DNA of 64,000 nucleotides from an uncultured Pseudomonadota bacterium (GCA_902793005.1 CADBBQ010000002.1:33501-97500), one strand, 5' to 3'. Shown: positions 46,676 through 58,867, counted from the first letter of the stretch. Made by a program: numbers and translations. The notes: generated from the sequence alone by a model not told the origin.

Positions 46676-48304
46676 ATGAATAAAGATAATAATAATTTTG
46701 AAAATATATCAAAAAAATCTTCGGTGCCGGCCGCTTTGTCCAATGCGGCGGCCAAAGAGATTGTTGATTATTTGTATTCTAATGGTAATCGGTTGTTGAC
46801 GGCGACGGGCGCAAAAATGGAACTGTCGCGGGATGTCCAAAGTTTAATTGCGTATTTTGCCGGCGGTGAAATTGTTATATCGCGAACACATAAATATGAT
46901 GGGCGTGTGTTGGCGTTTTTGGATTTACTGCGTGAACGTGGTATGCCGATGCGGACACCTTTTTATTCGGATTTGGGTTTGGTGTCGTTGATTTACAAAA
47001 CGTATGAAGAACGTTTGGGTGGTGATGTTCGTGCGCGCGCGGATTTCGATAACCAAATGCAAAAAGATTTTGTTGATATTATCGCACGCGCCGCGGCGCA
47101 AAAAGTGTCGGATGTGCATATCGAGGTTTCTGACCAGACAACAATTTATTTTCGTATCGATGGCAGTATGCAACCTGTGTTGGAATATAATTCGGGGTGG
47201 GGTGAATCGTTTGTGCGTGCCGCGTTTGCATCTGCCGATATTTCAAATTCAAACTATGCACAAAATGAATATCAATCGGCCCAGAAAGATGGACGCACGC
47301 CTTTGCGTGGAACGCGCGATTTGTATTTGCCTGATGGTGTGACCAGTATTCGTATGCAATTTAATCCAATTGCATATGGAACGCGTTATGTTGTAATGCG
47401 TTTGTTGTATGATAATCCGTCCGAGGGTATAAAAACTGAACAAGAATTTGGTGAATATGAACGCAAATTGTTGGAACGGTTGCGTTCTTTCCCGACGGGA
47501 TTGGTAATTGTTGCAGGTCCAACCAGTTCAGGTAAGTCAACAACATTGGTGCGAAATATGTCTCTGATGTTGAAAGAACGCAATTACGAAATAAATATGA
47601 TTACGGTGGAAAATCCGGTCGAACAAAAAATTTTCGGTGCACACCAGATGCCGGTTGTAAATGCAATGAACGAAGAACAGCGCGATGAAAAATATACCGA
47701 GGCGTTGGCCGCCGCATTGCGCAGTGACCCGGATACAATTATGGTTGGTGAAATTCGAACATTGGCCGCGGCACAATTGACGGTGCGTGGTGCGTTGTCG
47801 GGACATAATGTGTGGACGACATTGCACGCGAATTCTGCGATGGCGGCATTGACGCGTTTGCTGGATATGGGGGTTGAAGCATTCAAGTTAAAAGAAGAAA
47901 CGCTGATGCGCGGTTTGGTATCTATGCGGTTGTTTAAAAAATTGTGTCCGCATTGTCGCGAGGCGTTAATTAATCATCCGGAACATCCGGCGTATCGTCG
48001 CGTTATGGATGCGTTTGGCGAAATCGGATTAAAGCAAGTGTTTGTCCGTGGCCCTGGGTGCAGCGAGTGTAATGGTTCCGGTACATTTGGACGAATCAAG
48101 GCTGGCGAAATCATTATCACAAACAGTGAATTTTTAAGACTTGCACTTTCCGGTAATACAGATTTGGCGGTAAAGTATTGGTTGGAAGAAATGGATGGAC
48201 GCACACTAAAAGAATCTGCGGCGGAATTGATGTTGCAGGGTATTATTGGTGTTGATGAATTGGAACGGTGGGTTGGATTACTGGATAGACCCGGGGAATA
48301 TTAA
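46676..48304 (+). CDS. GspE/PilB-family secretion ATPase (R64 PilQ-like)
   Basis: Walker A GPTSSGKST, Asp/His boxes (GEIR..., TTLHAN) and a tetracysteine motif CPHC...CSEC. Confidence 0.9.
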   Translation: MNKDNNNFENISKKSSVPAALSNAAAKEIVDYLYSNGNRLLTATGAKMELSRDVQSLIAYFAGGEIVISRTHKYDGRVLAFLDLLRERGMPMRTPFYSDLGLVSLIYKTYEERLGGDVRARADFDNQMQKDFVDIIARAAAQKVSDVHIEVSDQTTIYFRIDGSMQPVLEYNSGWGESFVRAAFASADISNSNYAQNEYQSAQKDGRTPLRGTRDLYLPDGVTSIRMQFNPIAYGTRYVVMRLLYDNPSEGIKTEQEFGEYERKLLERLRSFPTGLVIVAGPTSSGKSTTLVRNMSLMLKERNYEINMITVENPVEQKIFGAHQMPVVNAMNEEQRDEKYTEALAAALRSDPDTIMVGEIRTLAAAQLTVRGALSGHNVWTTLHANSAMAALTRLLDMGVEAFKLKEETLMRGLVSMRLFKKLCPHCREALINHPEHPAYRRVMDAFGEIGLKQVFVRGPGCSECNGSGTFGRIKAGEIIITNSEFLRLALSGNTDLAVKYWLEEMDGRTLKESAAELMLQGIIGVDELERWVGLLDRPGEY

Positions 48305-48307
48305 ACA

Positions 48308-49378
48308 ATGGAAAAATTGGAATTATTATATGCAAAAATGGTGTTCCGATTGAACACAGATCGTCGGTTGGCGTTGATACGAAAACTGGCGTCGTTGTTG
48401 CGTAATAATTTTTCCTTGATGGATGCGTTAAGACGCATTGAACAAATTGAATCTAAAAATGGAACAAAACCGGATGAACCGTATGCAATCGCAATGCGTG
48501 CCTGGCAACACGGGTTGGAACGCGGATTGTCTTTTTCGGATGCAACACGCGGATGGTTGGTTGGTGTGGAAAATTTATTACTGACATCGGCAAATGTTTC
48601 GGATTTGACCCGCGCATTGGAAAATATGGAAACGGTTGTCAACAGCATAACGAAAATTAAACGCGCAATGAGAAATGCAATTGCGTATCCGTTGTTTTTG
48701 CTGGTGCTGACATTTGCAATTATCATTATGGTTGGTATGTATTTGGTGCCGCCGTTGGCCGCGGTTGCGGGTCCAAATGTTGTGTGGACGGGTGCGGCAA
48801 ATTTGTTGATATTGGTGTCTGAATTTTCAATAAAATATTGGCATATTATTGCAGGTGTATTTCTGGGGTTGATTTTGTTGGTTTGGGTTTCTTTGCCGAA
48901 TTGGACCGGTGCGTTGCGCGCAAAGTTTGATAATATCGCACCGTGGAGTATTTATAAAATTCACATATCGGTTGGTTGGCTGATGTCGTTGTCGGCGTTT
49001 GTTGCGGCGGGTGTGTCGGTGCCGGATGCAATGCGAACATTGGCGGATAATTCAAACAGATATTTACGCGATATTTTGGAATCGACTTTGCGGTATATTG
49101 CAAATGGTGATAATTTGGGTGTGGCGTTGGCAAATACAAAACGCGATTTCCCAAATGCCGAGATGATTGGCGATTTAACAATTTATTCGGATATGAACGA
49201 TTTTGCCCAAAATATATCAAATGTTGCCACGGATTATTTACAGAATTCTGTGCGGAAAATGGAATCGTTGTCGGGTGCGTTAAACAGTTTTGGTATTTTG
49301 TTGGTGTCGGCAATTATTGCCTGGGTTGTGTTGGCAACATTTCAAATGCAAGACCAAATTACAATGATGTTGGGGTGA
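48308..49378 (+). CDS. GspF/PilC-family inner-membrane platform protein (R64 PilR-like)
   Basis: Two GspF-like repeats with three TM segments, immediately downstream of the ATPase. Confidence 0.8.
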   Translation: MEKLELLYAKMVFRLNTDRRLALIRKLASLLRNNFSLMDALRRIEQIESKNGTKPDEPYAIAMRAWQHGLERGLSFSDATRGWLVGVENLLLTSANVSDLTRALENMETVVNSITKIKRAMRNAIAYPLFLLVLTFAIIIMVGMYLVPPLAAVAGPNVVWTGAANLLILVSEFSIKYWHIIAGVFLGLILLVWVSLPNWTGALRAKFDNIAPWSIYKIHISVGWLMSLSAFVAAGVSVPDAMRTLADNSNRYLRDILESTLRYIANGDNLGVALANTKRDFPNAEMIGDLTIYSDMNDFAQNISNVATDYLQNSVRKMESLSGALNSFGILLVSAIIAWVVLATFQMQDQITMMLG

Positions 49379-49476
49379 TGCCTACGAAATTCTGGGTGAT
49401 TTTGGTAATAGAATCTCTTTGTTTTTATGTGCGATTTATGATATAATATGTCGCGTAAATAGAATGGGAGTTGCCA

Positions 49477-50751
49477 ATGGCGGATTTTAAATTTGATTTG
49501 GAAAATTTTGTTCGAGTGTATTTGGATTTGCAGAAAGAAAAAGGATGGGATGGCAATGTAGAAGAGAATTACTGGGCGGGTGCTGTTTATACGATTTTAG
49601 ACCAAGGCAGGGGCTTGGATGAATTTTTGCAAGAGCATACAAAAGTAAATTCGCAATCTGTCAAAGATGTATTAAATTTTTTGTCTGGGGTGCAAAAAAA
49701 TCAAAATGTTGATGATATTAAAAATACAATAAAGTTTGTCGCAGAACAGGTTTTTTGCCCAAAAAATAATGGGAATTCGCGTGGATATGGTAATACACCG
49801 TATGTGCAAATGTTTTTAAATCGGTTGAATCAATTCAAAGATAAAGATTTGGTTTACGAGGCGTTAAAAAGTTTGAAGTCGGTATCTGATTATAAACGTC
49901 CGGGTGCTGAACAATATGGTCTGCCGATGTCTAAACAGCGTATGTCTGTGTATAAAGATATTGCAACAATGTTGGCGAATAATCAAAATGCAACCATAGA
50001 TGATATTTTGGAAATGATTTATTTTGCTGATACACCAGATGCGGCAATGAAAATAATAAACGATGTCTTTGCAAAAACAGATGATGATTTAGATATAGAG
50101 TTAAATAAAGATGTTCCAGGAACGGATGTGGTTGGTTCTATCTTGAATAAACCAAGATTTGTTATCAGAACGGTTTTAGATAGACAAGATTTAAATCCGG
50201 AATTGTCTAAACAGATGGGGGCAATTGATTCTGCGCCGATTAAAGAGTTTTATAAACAGTTGGCACAATGGGAAAAAATCGCAACTGAAAAATATGATTT
50301 TGATAAAGTTATTGGGTCGGGTGATACGCAATATGTGACCAATTATGAAAATACTTTGGAAGAACAAAATATTGGTTTGGTAAATACAAATGAAAGATTG
50401 TCTGCGGATAATTTCAGATTGACACAATCGCGTGACCAATATCGTGAAAATTATGAACACGAAAAAGAACTGCGTGCCAGATTATTGAAAAAGTTTGAAG
50501 ACGAACGCGCGGCGGTTTCTTCGTTGAACGAAATGTTGCAAAGTGCGCTGGCGGTGATTGCGGCATATGAAAATGGTGAACGCGATGTTGACAAGGCCGG
50601 GGTGTTTAACAAGGCGGCGGCCAAGGTTAAAATGAAAGAGCAGGTTGAAAAAGCAAATGCCGATTTGAAACGCGCCCGCGAACGCGAAGAAAAACGCAAG
50701 GCGGCGTTGGCGGCACGACAATTGAAAGAAGGCCAAGCGATTAGCATATAA
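49477..50751 (+). CDS. Hypothetical soluble protein with a C-terminal coiled coil
   Basis: ORF track 49471..50751 with an ATG at 49477. Last gene before a strong terminator. No prepilin-like N-terminus. Confidence 0.55.
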   Translation: MADFKFDLENFVRVYLDLQKEKGWDGNVEENYWAGAVYTILDQGRGLDEFLQEHTKVNSQSVKDVLNFLSGVQKNQNVDDIKNTIKFVAEQVFCPKNNGNSRGYGNTPYVQMFLNRLNQFKDKDLVYEALKSLKSVSDYKRPGAEQYGLPMSKQRMSVYKDIATMLANNQNATIDDILEMIYFADTPDAAMKIINDVFAKTDDDLDIELNKDVPGTDVVGSILNKPRFVIRTVLDRQDLNPELSKQMGAIDSAPIKEFYKQLAQWEKIATEKYDFDKVIGSGDTQYVTNYENTLEEQNIGLVNTNERLSADNFRLTQSRDQYRENYEHEKELRARLLKKFEDERAAVSSLNEMLQSALAVIAAYENGERDVDKAGVFNKAAAKVKMKEQVEKANADLKRAREREEKRKAALAARQLKEGQAISI

Positions 50752-50777
50752 AAAAATCCCCATTTGGGGATTTTTTA
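50751..50777. terminator. Intrinsic terminator (TCCCC/GGGGA with A/T arms)
   Basis: aaaaaatccccatttggggatttttt directly after the stop at 50751. Confidence 0.75.
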
Positions 50778-50798
50778 TTAAAATTACAAAGTACACCC

Positions 50799-50828
50799 CG
50801 TCGCCCGTTGGGCTATGGGGCGCAGGCA
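50799..50828 (+). repeat. Isolated copy of the tRNA-trailer element, not next to a tRNA
   Basis: cgtcgcccgttgggctatggggcgcaggca matches the GCCC-NNN-GGGC...GG(T/C)G(G/C)CAGGC unit seen at 1785, 10562 and 58081. Confidence 0.55.
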
Positions 50829-51039
50829 GAGTACAGTTGATGAATTATAAACAATACAATAGGTTATTGTTTTTTTACCACCCCGCTGTTTATATGCTTT
50901 TTGCCCGCCTGCGCTAGTTTTTAATTTCAAAGAACAAATTATTTCAAATTATAAATATTTTTTGTTGAACGCGTTTGCTACGGCGCGGCACTCAATTTTC
51001 AGCCCTTTGGCTACGCCTCGGTGAAAATTGGTGGGGAAC

Positions 51040-51609
51040 TTACACTATAAATGGTAAATTTTCCAATGTTCCGGTTGTGACACGGACATTTACATCAATC
51101 AACATAAATATTGAATCCGGGGTTGGGTCAAATCCGTTTGGAAACATATCTTGGGCCAACAAGTGCGATGTGTTGACCGTCAATTTCGTCACCAAATGGT
51201 CGTCGTCCAATAATGTATAAATTGGTCCAATGTTGTTTGGTGTGTTTGCACCTATTTCGTGTTCGTTTTGTGGACAACGCAGGCCGTCCATTAATGTTTT
51301 TACACGGTTATCGATATCCGTGTGGGCAACACCAACAATTTCCGGATGCAACATTAAAATATCCAGTTCCGCAATCATATTCAGGTTTGGTGTTATAATC
51401 GGATTCCAATCAATACCGCCAACGTGGCGTGTAATCAGGGGACTTTTGGATGCGTTTGGCAACATATATTTGGTTAAATTGTCCCACGGGCTGTGTTCCA
51501 GTAATTTTTTTAATTGTGGGTGAAACTGCATACGAATATCGGCAATGTGTTGTGCGCGTTTTTTAGGGTTGACAAAAATATCACCAAAATAAATAAGTTT
51601 GAATTTCAT
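51040..51609 (-). CDS. RusA-like Holliday-junction resolvase-family protein (extended, 189 aa)
   Basis: DIDNRVKTLMDGL followed by LLDDDHLV matches the RusA DxDNxxKxxxDxL ... DD..V pattern. Assignment made by motif only. Confidence 0.4.
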   Translation of the reverse strand: MKFKLIYFGDIFVNPKKRAQHIADIRMQFHPQLKKLLEHSPWDNLTKYMLPNASKSPLITRHVGGIDWNPIITPNLNMIAELDILMLHPEIVGVAHTDIDNRVKTLMDGLRCPQNEHEIGANTPNNIGPIYTLLDDDHLVTKLTVNTSHLLAQDMFPNGFDPTPDSIFMLIDVNVRVTTGTLENLPFIV

Positions 51610-51615
51610 AGGTAA

Positions 51616-54101
<2,486 letters not shown>

Positions 54102-54102
<1 letters not shown>

Positions 54103-54749
54103 TGTTTGACGCAGAATGGTTTTGGGGGTTGGAGAAAACTTTGCGTGCGCAAGGTTTGGATTCTGATGATCAATCGTTTGATGAAATACGCGAAATGTTG
54201 GCGGCGCCAAAACGGTTGCCGCCTGAATCTTTTGCGGATGCGTGTGCGTATGTAATTTTGGCGGGTGGTTTTTCACAAAAGACTGCAAAGAAAATTCATA
54301 CTGTTATTTGTGAAGCGTTGCGTGCGGGGGCGGATGCGGACGCGTTGTTTCAAATTTTTCATAATAAAAATAAAATAAATGCTATTTATAAAATTTGGAA
54401 TAATCGACAAAGTATTTGTGATGATTTTTATGCGTGTAATGGCGATTTAGAAAAAATAAATTATTTGCAAAAATTGCCACACATTGGAAAGATTACTGCA
54501 AATCATTTGGCGCGAAATCTGGGGTGCAATGTTGTGAAATATGATGTTTGGATTCAAAGATTAGGCGTGCTGTATGCAGGAAATCCGGCGTTTTTTGCGT
54601 TGGTTGATAATAAAAAATTAAATCCACAGATTAAAAAATATTGTGATGCGATGTTTGCGCAATTGGAACAAGAAACAAATTTGCCACGCGGATATATTGA
54701 TGTTGTGTTGTTTCGTGCGGCACAAAATCATTTGATAGAAGGTTTATAA
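54102..54749 (+). CDS. HhH-motif protein, possibly DNA glycosylase-like
   Basis: LPHIGKITANHLARNLG helix-hairpin-helix motif. The start overlaps the gyrB stop (TAATG). Lies directly upstream of ung. Confidence 0.5.
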
Positions 54750-54750
54750 A

Positions 54751-55413
54751 ATGGATGTGAAAATCGAAGAATCTTGGAAACGCGAATTGGCGACGGAATT
54801 TGATAAAGATTATTTCCGTAATTTGACCGATTTTGTGCGGGCGGAATATTTGTCGGGGCGTGCGATTTACCCCAAGGCGAAAAATATTTTTAATGCGTTC
54901 AATCTGTGTCCGATTGACAATGTGCGTGTTGTGATTATTGGCCAAGACCCATATCACGAACCAGGCCAGGCGATGGGGTTGTGTTTTTCGGTGCCAACGG
55001 GTGTGGCAAATCCACCGTCGTTGCAAAATATTTATCGGGAAATTGAATCTGATTTGGGCCGGCCCAGTTCCACAAATGGTGATTTAACACATTGGGCACA
55101 GCAGGGTGTGTTGTTATTAAATTCAACATTGACGGTGCGTGCACATTTGGCGGCATCACACGCAGGGCGGGGTTGGGAACAATTTACCGATGCGGTGATT
55201 GCGGCATTGGCGACGCGCAAAAATATTGTTTATATGTTGTGGGGGGCTTATGCACAAAAGAAGGCCGCGTTGGTTGATGAAAAAAATAATCTGGTTTTGA
55301 AATCTGTGCATCCGTCGCCGTTATCGGCGTATCGTGGATTTTTTGGATGTAAACATTTTTCACGCGCAAACGAGTATCTGGTTGCGCACGGATTTAATCC
55401 GATTGATTGGTAA
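54751..55413 (+). CDS. ung: Uracil-DNA glycosylase (family 1)
   Basis: GQDPYH and HPSPLS motifs. Confidence 0.95.
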   Translation: MDVKIEESWKRELATEFDKDYFRNLTDFVRAEYLSGRAIYPKAKNIFNAFNLCPIDNVRVVIIGQDPYHEPGQAMGLCFSVPTGVANPPSLQNIYREIESDLGRPSSTNGDLTHWAQQGVLLLNSTLTVRAHLAASHAGRGWEQFTDAVIAALATRKNIVYMLWGAYAQKKAALVDEKNNLVLKSVHPSPLSAYRGFFGCKHFSRANEYLVAHGFNPIDW

Positions 55414-55414
55414 T

Positions 55415-55987
55415 TTAAAAATTATGCGTTATGCCCAATCCGTAAAACGCGTAAGAGTGGTTGTCGTCCGCAGTGTTGGCGTTTGAAAAATGTTGAATAA
55501 ATATTTCAGTTGCCCATTCCTTGGTAATGTTATAACCGAAAGTCACCTTGAATTGGAAAACCAATTTTGCACCCAGACGCTTGTTCTCTTTGGCCTGTAA
55601 TCCGGCACCCGCACCAAGTCCGGCGTATAACCGTTTGTATCGGAACAGGGCGATATCCTCGGTCGCATAGACGATTGGAATTGTATAATTTTGCCATTTC
55701 CAACCATATTTTTCGTATAATCCCAATGTTTGCGAAATGTTTAAATTGCGACGCGCAGGAATTCGGAAAAATGTCGTCGGTTGTGAATATGTGATTGTTC
55801 CAATGTAAAAAGGCACAGGTCGCACCGGTGGTGGTAATAAAATGCCGGTGTCAAAACCCTGGCCAATGCCGTAAAACATTTGGTTTTGATATGTGCCCAT
55901 AAATGGATTTTTTTCTGGTAAAAAACAAGATTCCGCCATTGCCATCGATGGCATAATAATCGGTAATAAAAATAAAATCTTTTTCAT
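55415..55987 (-). CDS. Acyloxyacyl hydrolase / PagL-like outer-membrane lipid A deacylase
   Basis: Signal peptide MKKILFLLPIIMPSMAMA, beta-barrel-like alternation, and a C-terminal HFSNA...YGLGITHNF pattern. Confidence 0.55.
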   Translation of the reverse strand: MKKILFLLPIIMPSMAMAESCFLPEKNPFMGTYQNQMFYGIGQGFDTGILLPPPVRPVPFYIGTITYSQPTTFFRIPARRNLNISQTLGLYEKYGWKWQNYTIPIVYATEDIALFRYKRLYAGLGAGAGLQAKENKRLGAKLVFQFKVTFGYNITKEWATEIFIQHFSNANTADDNHSYAFYGLGITHNF

Positions 55988-56066
55988 CATAGGCATAATA
56001 GTATCACATTTTATGTATAAATACAAATCGAATAAAAAATCCCACGGATTCCGTGGGATTTGATTC

Positions 56067-57089
56067 TTATTTTATATTTTCGCGGATGAAATTTTCGATT
56101 TTATCAAATGGTATTTTTTCCATATTATCGTATAAATCAGTGTGTGTCGCGTTTGGCACAATTACCAATTCTTTGTTTTTGCCAGTTAATTTTTTGAACG
56201 CATCTTCACTGAAATAGCGACTGTGTGCGTTGGCACCGTGCACCAATAATACGGCACTGCGTATTTCACCGGCGCGTTGCAGAATTGGCATATTGATAAA
56301 TGACAAAGAACTAGTTTTATTCCAACCGCCATTTGAATTTAACGAACGGCGATGATATCCGCGTGGTGTTTTATAGTATGCGTGATAATCGCGAACAAAT
56401 TGTGGTGCGTCATCCGGTAATGGGTCAACAACACCGCCCGCCAATTCTGCTGTGCCGCGCTTGTAATCAATTGTGCGTTGATTGTTTAATGCAACCAATG
56501 TTTTGTGGCGCGCATCTGCGTTATCATCGGCATCAAAATATCCATTGGCCATAACGCGTGTCATATCATACATTGTTGATGCGACCGTTGCACGAATGCG
56601 AGTATCCATCGCCGCCGCATTGATTGCCATACCACCCCAACCACATATTCCAATTATACTGATTTTATCAGCATCAACATCGTTGCGGTTTGATAAATAG
56701 TCAACCGCCGCGGAAAAATCTTCGGTATTAATATCGGGGGATGCGACAAAACGCGGGTTGCCGCCACTTTCGCCGGTGAATGACGGGTCAAACGCCAATG
56801 CGATAAATCCACGGGATGCCATTTCTTGGGCGTACAGGCCAGACGATTGTTCTTTGACCGCGCCAAATGGGCCCGATATCGCGATTGCAGGTAATTTTTT
56901 TTCAGATTTATTTTTTGGCATATATAAATCGCCCGCCAACATTATGCCATAACGATTTTTGAAATGAACGCGCGATACAGAAACCGCATCATTTTTTGGA
57001 AATGTTTTATCCCAACGACAGGTGTTCCACGCAAAATATAAAACCAATACAGATAAAATAACCGATATGACAATGGCAATTGTTTTCAT
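56067..57089 (-). CDS. Alpha/beta hydrolase of the dienelactone-hydrolase type (Cys nucleophile elbow GICGWGG) with an N-terminal TM anchor
   Basis: G-x-C-x-G elbow, and His near the C-terminus (NATHTDLY). The ATG at 57089 comes before the TM segment. Confidence 0.65.
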   Translation of the reverse strand: MKTIAIVISVILSVLVLYFAWNTCRWDKTFPKNDAVSVSRVHFKNRYGIMLAGDLYMPKNKSEKKLPAIAISGPFGAVKEQSSGLYAQEMASRGFIALAFDPSFTGESGGNPRFVASPDINTEDFSAAVDYLSNRNDVDADKISIIGICGWGGMAINAAAMDTRIRATVASTMYDMTRVMANGYFDADDNADARHKTLVALNNQRTIDYKRGTAELAGGVVDPLPDDAPQFVRDYHAYYKTPRGYHRRSLNSNGGWNKTSSLSFINMPILQRAGEIRSAVLLVHGANAHSRYFSEDAFKKLTGKNKELVIVPNATHTDLYDNMEKIPFDKIENFIRENIK

Positions 57090-57206
57090 AAAATCTCCTT
57101 TTCTTTTGTGCGTAGTAAATATATCACGGATGCCCCCAAGGTCAAATGATTTTTTATTGGTTTTTTTACGCAATTTGGTATAATTTTTGTGACAAGGAAT
57201 TACAAT

Positions 57207-58013
57207 ATGGCGAATATAAAATTATTTGAAAATCAAAATATCAGAACCCATTGGGATGAAGAAAAAGAAAAGTGGTATTTTTCTGTGGTGGATGTTATTG
57301 CAGCGTTGACAGGGACAGAAAGACCAAGAAAATATTGGTCTGATTTAAAAAGTAAGTTAAAACAAGAAGGAAGTGAGTTGTCCGAAAAAATCGGACAACT
57401 GAAAATGCAATCGTCGGACGGTAAATTTTATATGACCGATATAGCGGATACCGAACAAGTTTTACGGTTGATTCAATCAATACCATCAAAAAAAGCCGAG
57501 CCGTTCAAAATGTGGTTGGCGCGTGTTGGAAATGACAGAATTGATGAAATTGCCGATCCAGAACAGGCTATTCAACGTGCGTTGCGATACTATCAAAAAA
57601 TGGGATATTCGAACGAGTGGATTGCCCAACGGTTAAAGTCAATCGAAATACGCAAAGATTTAACAAACGAGTGGGACAGGGTGGGTATTAAACAAGGTTT
57701 GGAATATGCGTTATTGACCGATGAAATTACGCGTGCTTGGTCAGGGATGAAAACAAAAGATTACAAAAAATTAAAAGGTCTGCACAAAGAATCTTTGCGC
57801 GATAATATGACAAATGCGGAACTGGTTTTGAATATGTTGGCGGAATTATCGGTTACGGAAATATCGAAAAAAGAAAACCCGGTTGGTTTAAAACAAAATA
57901 TGCGCGTTGCAAATCGTGGTGGAAATGTTGCGCGTGCCGCCAGATTACAATTAGAATCCGAAACCGGAAATCCTATTGTTACGGGACGCAATGCAAAATT
58001 GTTAAAAAAATAA
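57207..58013 (+). CDS. Bro-N/DinD-like protein; paralogous in architecture to 10690..11535
   Basis: Bro-N-like N-terminus (FENQNIRTHWDEEKEKWYFSVVDVIAAL) and a DinD-like C-terminal region. The ATG at 57207 follows AAGGAA. Confidence 0.7.
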   Translation: MANIKLFENQNIRTHWDEEKEKWYFSVVDVIAALTGTERPRKYWSDLKSKLKQEGSELSEKIGQLKMQSSDGKFYMTDIADTEQVLRLIQSIPSKKAEPFKMWLARVGNDRIDEIADPEQAIQRALRYYQKMGYSNEWIAQRLKSIEIRKDLTNEWDRVGIKQGLEYALLTDEITRAWSGMKTKDYKKLKGLHKESLRDNMTNAELVLNMLAELSVTEISKKENPVGLKQNMRVANRGGNVARAARLQLESETGNPIVTGRNAKLLKK

Positions 58014-58039
58014 TCAAGATTTGTTGATAAATTAAAATC

Positions 58040-58111
58040 GGTGGCTTGCTATGGCGCAAGCGTCACCGACGCAAATGGTGGCCTGCCACCCGAAGCCCTT
58101 TGGGCGAAGGA
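58040..58111 (-). repeat. Conserved ~72-nt tRNA-trailer element; counterpart of 10560-10630
   Basis: The reverse complement aligns with 10560-10630 along its whole length. Lies immediately 3-prime of tRNA-Thr(GGU). Confidence 0.8.
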
Positions 58112-58112
58112 T

Positions 58113-58186
58113 GGTGCCCTAAGCAAGAATCGGACTTGCGACTCGTCCTTACCAAGGACGTGTTTTACCACTAGACTATTAGGGCG
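58113..58186 (-). tRNA. tRNA-Thr (anticodon GGU), CCA encoded; unusual T-loop TCCGATT
   Basis: Acceptor GCCCTAA/TTAGGGC, anticodon loop TTGGTAA, weak D-stem (3 of 4 pairs), and C at the position normally occupied by U55. Confidence 0.7.
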
Positions 58187-58234
58187 ATTGCGCACATTAT
58201 AGTGGTTTTGACACAAAAATCAACAATTTTGTGG

Positions 58235-58867
58235 TTATAAAAATTCTTTTGGTTGTCGGATGTCCCAACGGGCGTTATGGCGAACGACGCGCGCCGGATT
58301 TCCGGCAATTATACAGTTTGGTTCGGTGAATTTACCACTGACCACGGCACCGGTGCCAACAATGCATCCGTCGGCGATTTCGGTGTTTTTGCAAATTGTC
58401 ACGTTCGCGCCCAGCCACACGTGATTACCAATTTTTATAAATTTACCAATATTGCGAACGCGGTCGGTTTCATCAAATATGGCGTGTGAATCAGACGGCA
58501 AAAATTTTATTCCAACCGAAAACATACAATCGTCGCCAATTTCAATTTTCATACCGTCTTCTTGGATTGGGGTGACGAATTCCAGACTGCCTATGTGCAG
58601 GTTTTTTCCGATTTTTATTTCGCAATTATGGGTTGCGCCACCTGTGCCGATTTTCAGCGTGGCGTGCGGGTTATATGTCGTATCCGCCATAGTTATTTTA
58701 TTATTATTGCCAACAATATTGATTTTAAAAGCCGCGTTTTTCGGGATGTCGATAATGTTGTTTTTGCCGTTTATGAATTGTTCGGGTTTATAAGACATAA
58801 TTTTAATTCCGCACAAATAAACATACATATGTCCGTTGCCGTGTGGGCGTGATTCCAAGATTTTCAT
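58235..58867 (-). CDS. Hexapeptide-repeat (left-handed beta-helix) acetyltransferase
   Basis: IGNHVWLGANVTI...IADGCIVGTGAVV...IIAGNPARVV hexapeptide repeats. Confidence 0.8.
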   Translation of the reverse strand: MKILESRPHGNGHMYVYLCGIKIMSYKPEQFINGKNNIIDIPKNAAFKINIVGNNNKITMADTTYNPHATLKIGTGGATHNCEIKIGKNLHIGSLEFVTPIQEDGMKIEIGDDCMFSVGIKFLPSDSHAIFDETDRVRNIGKFIKIGNHVWLGANVTICKNTEIADGCIVGTGAVVSGKFTEPNCIIAGNPARVVRHNARWDIRQPKEFL

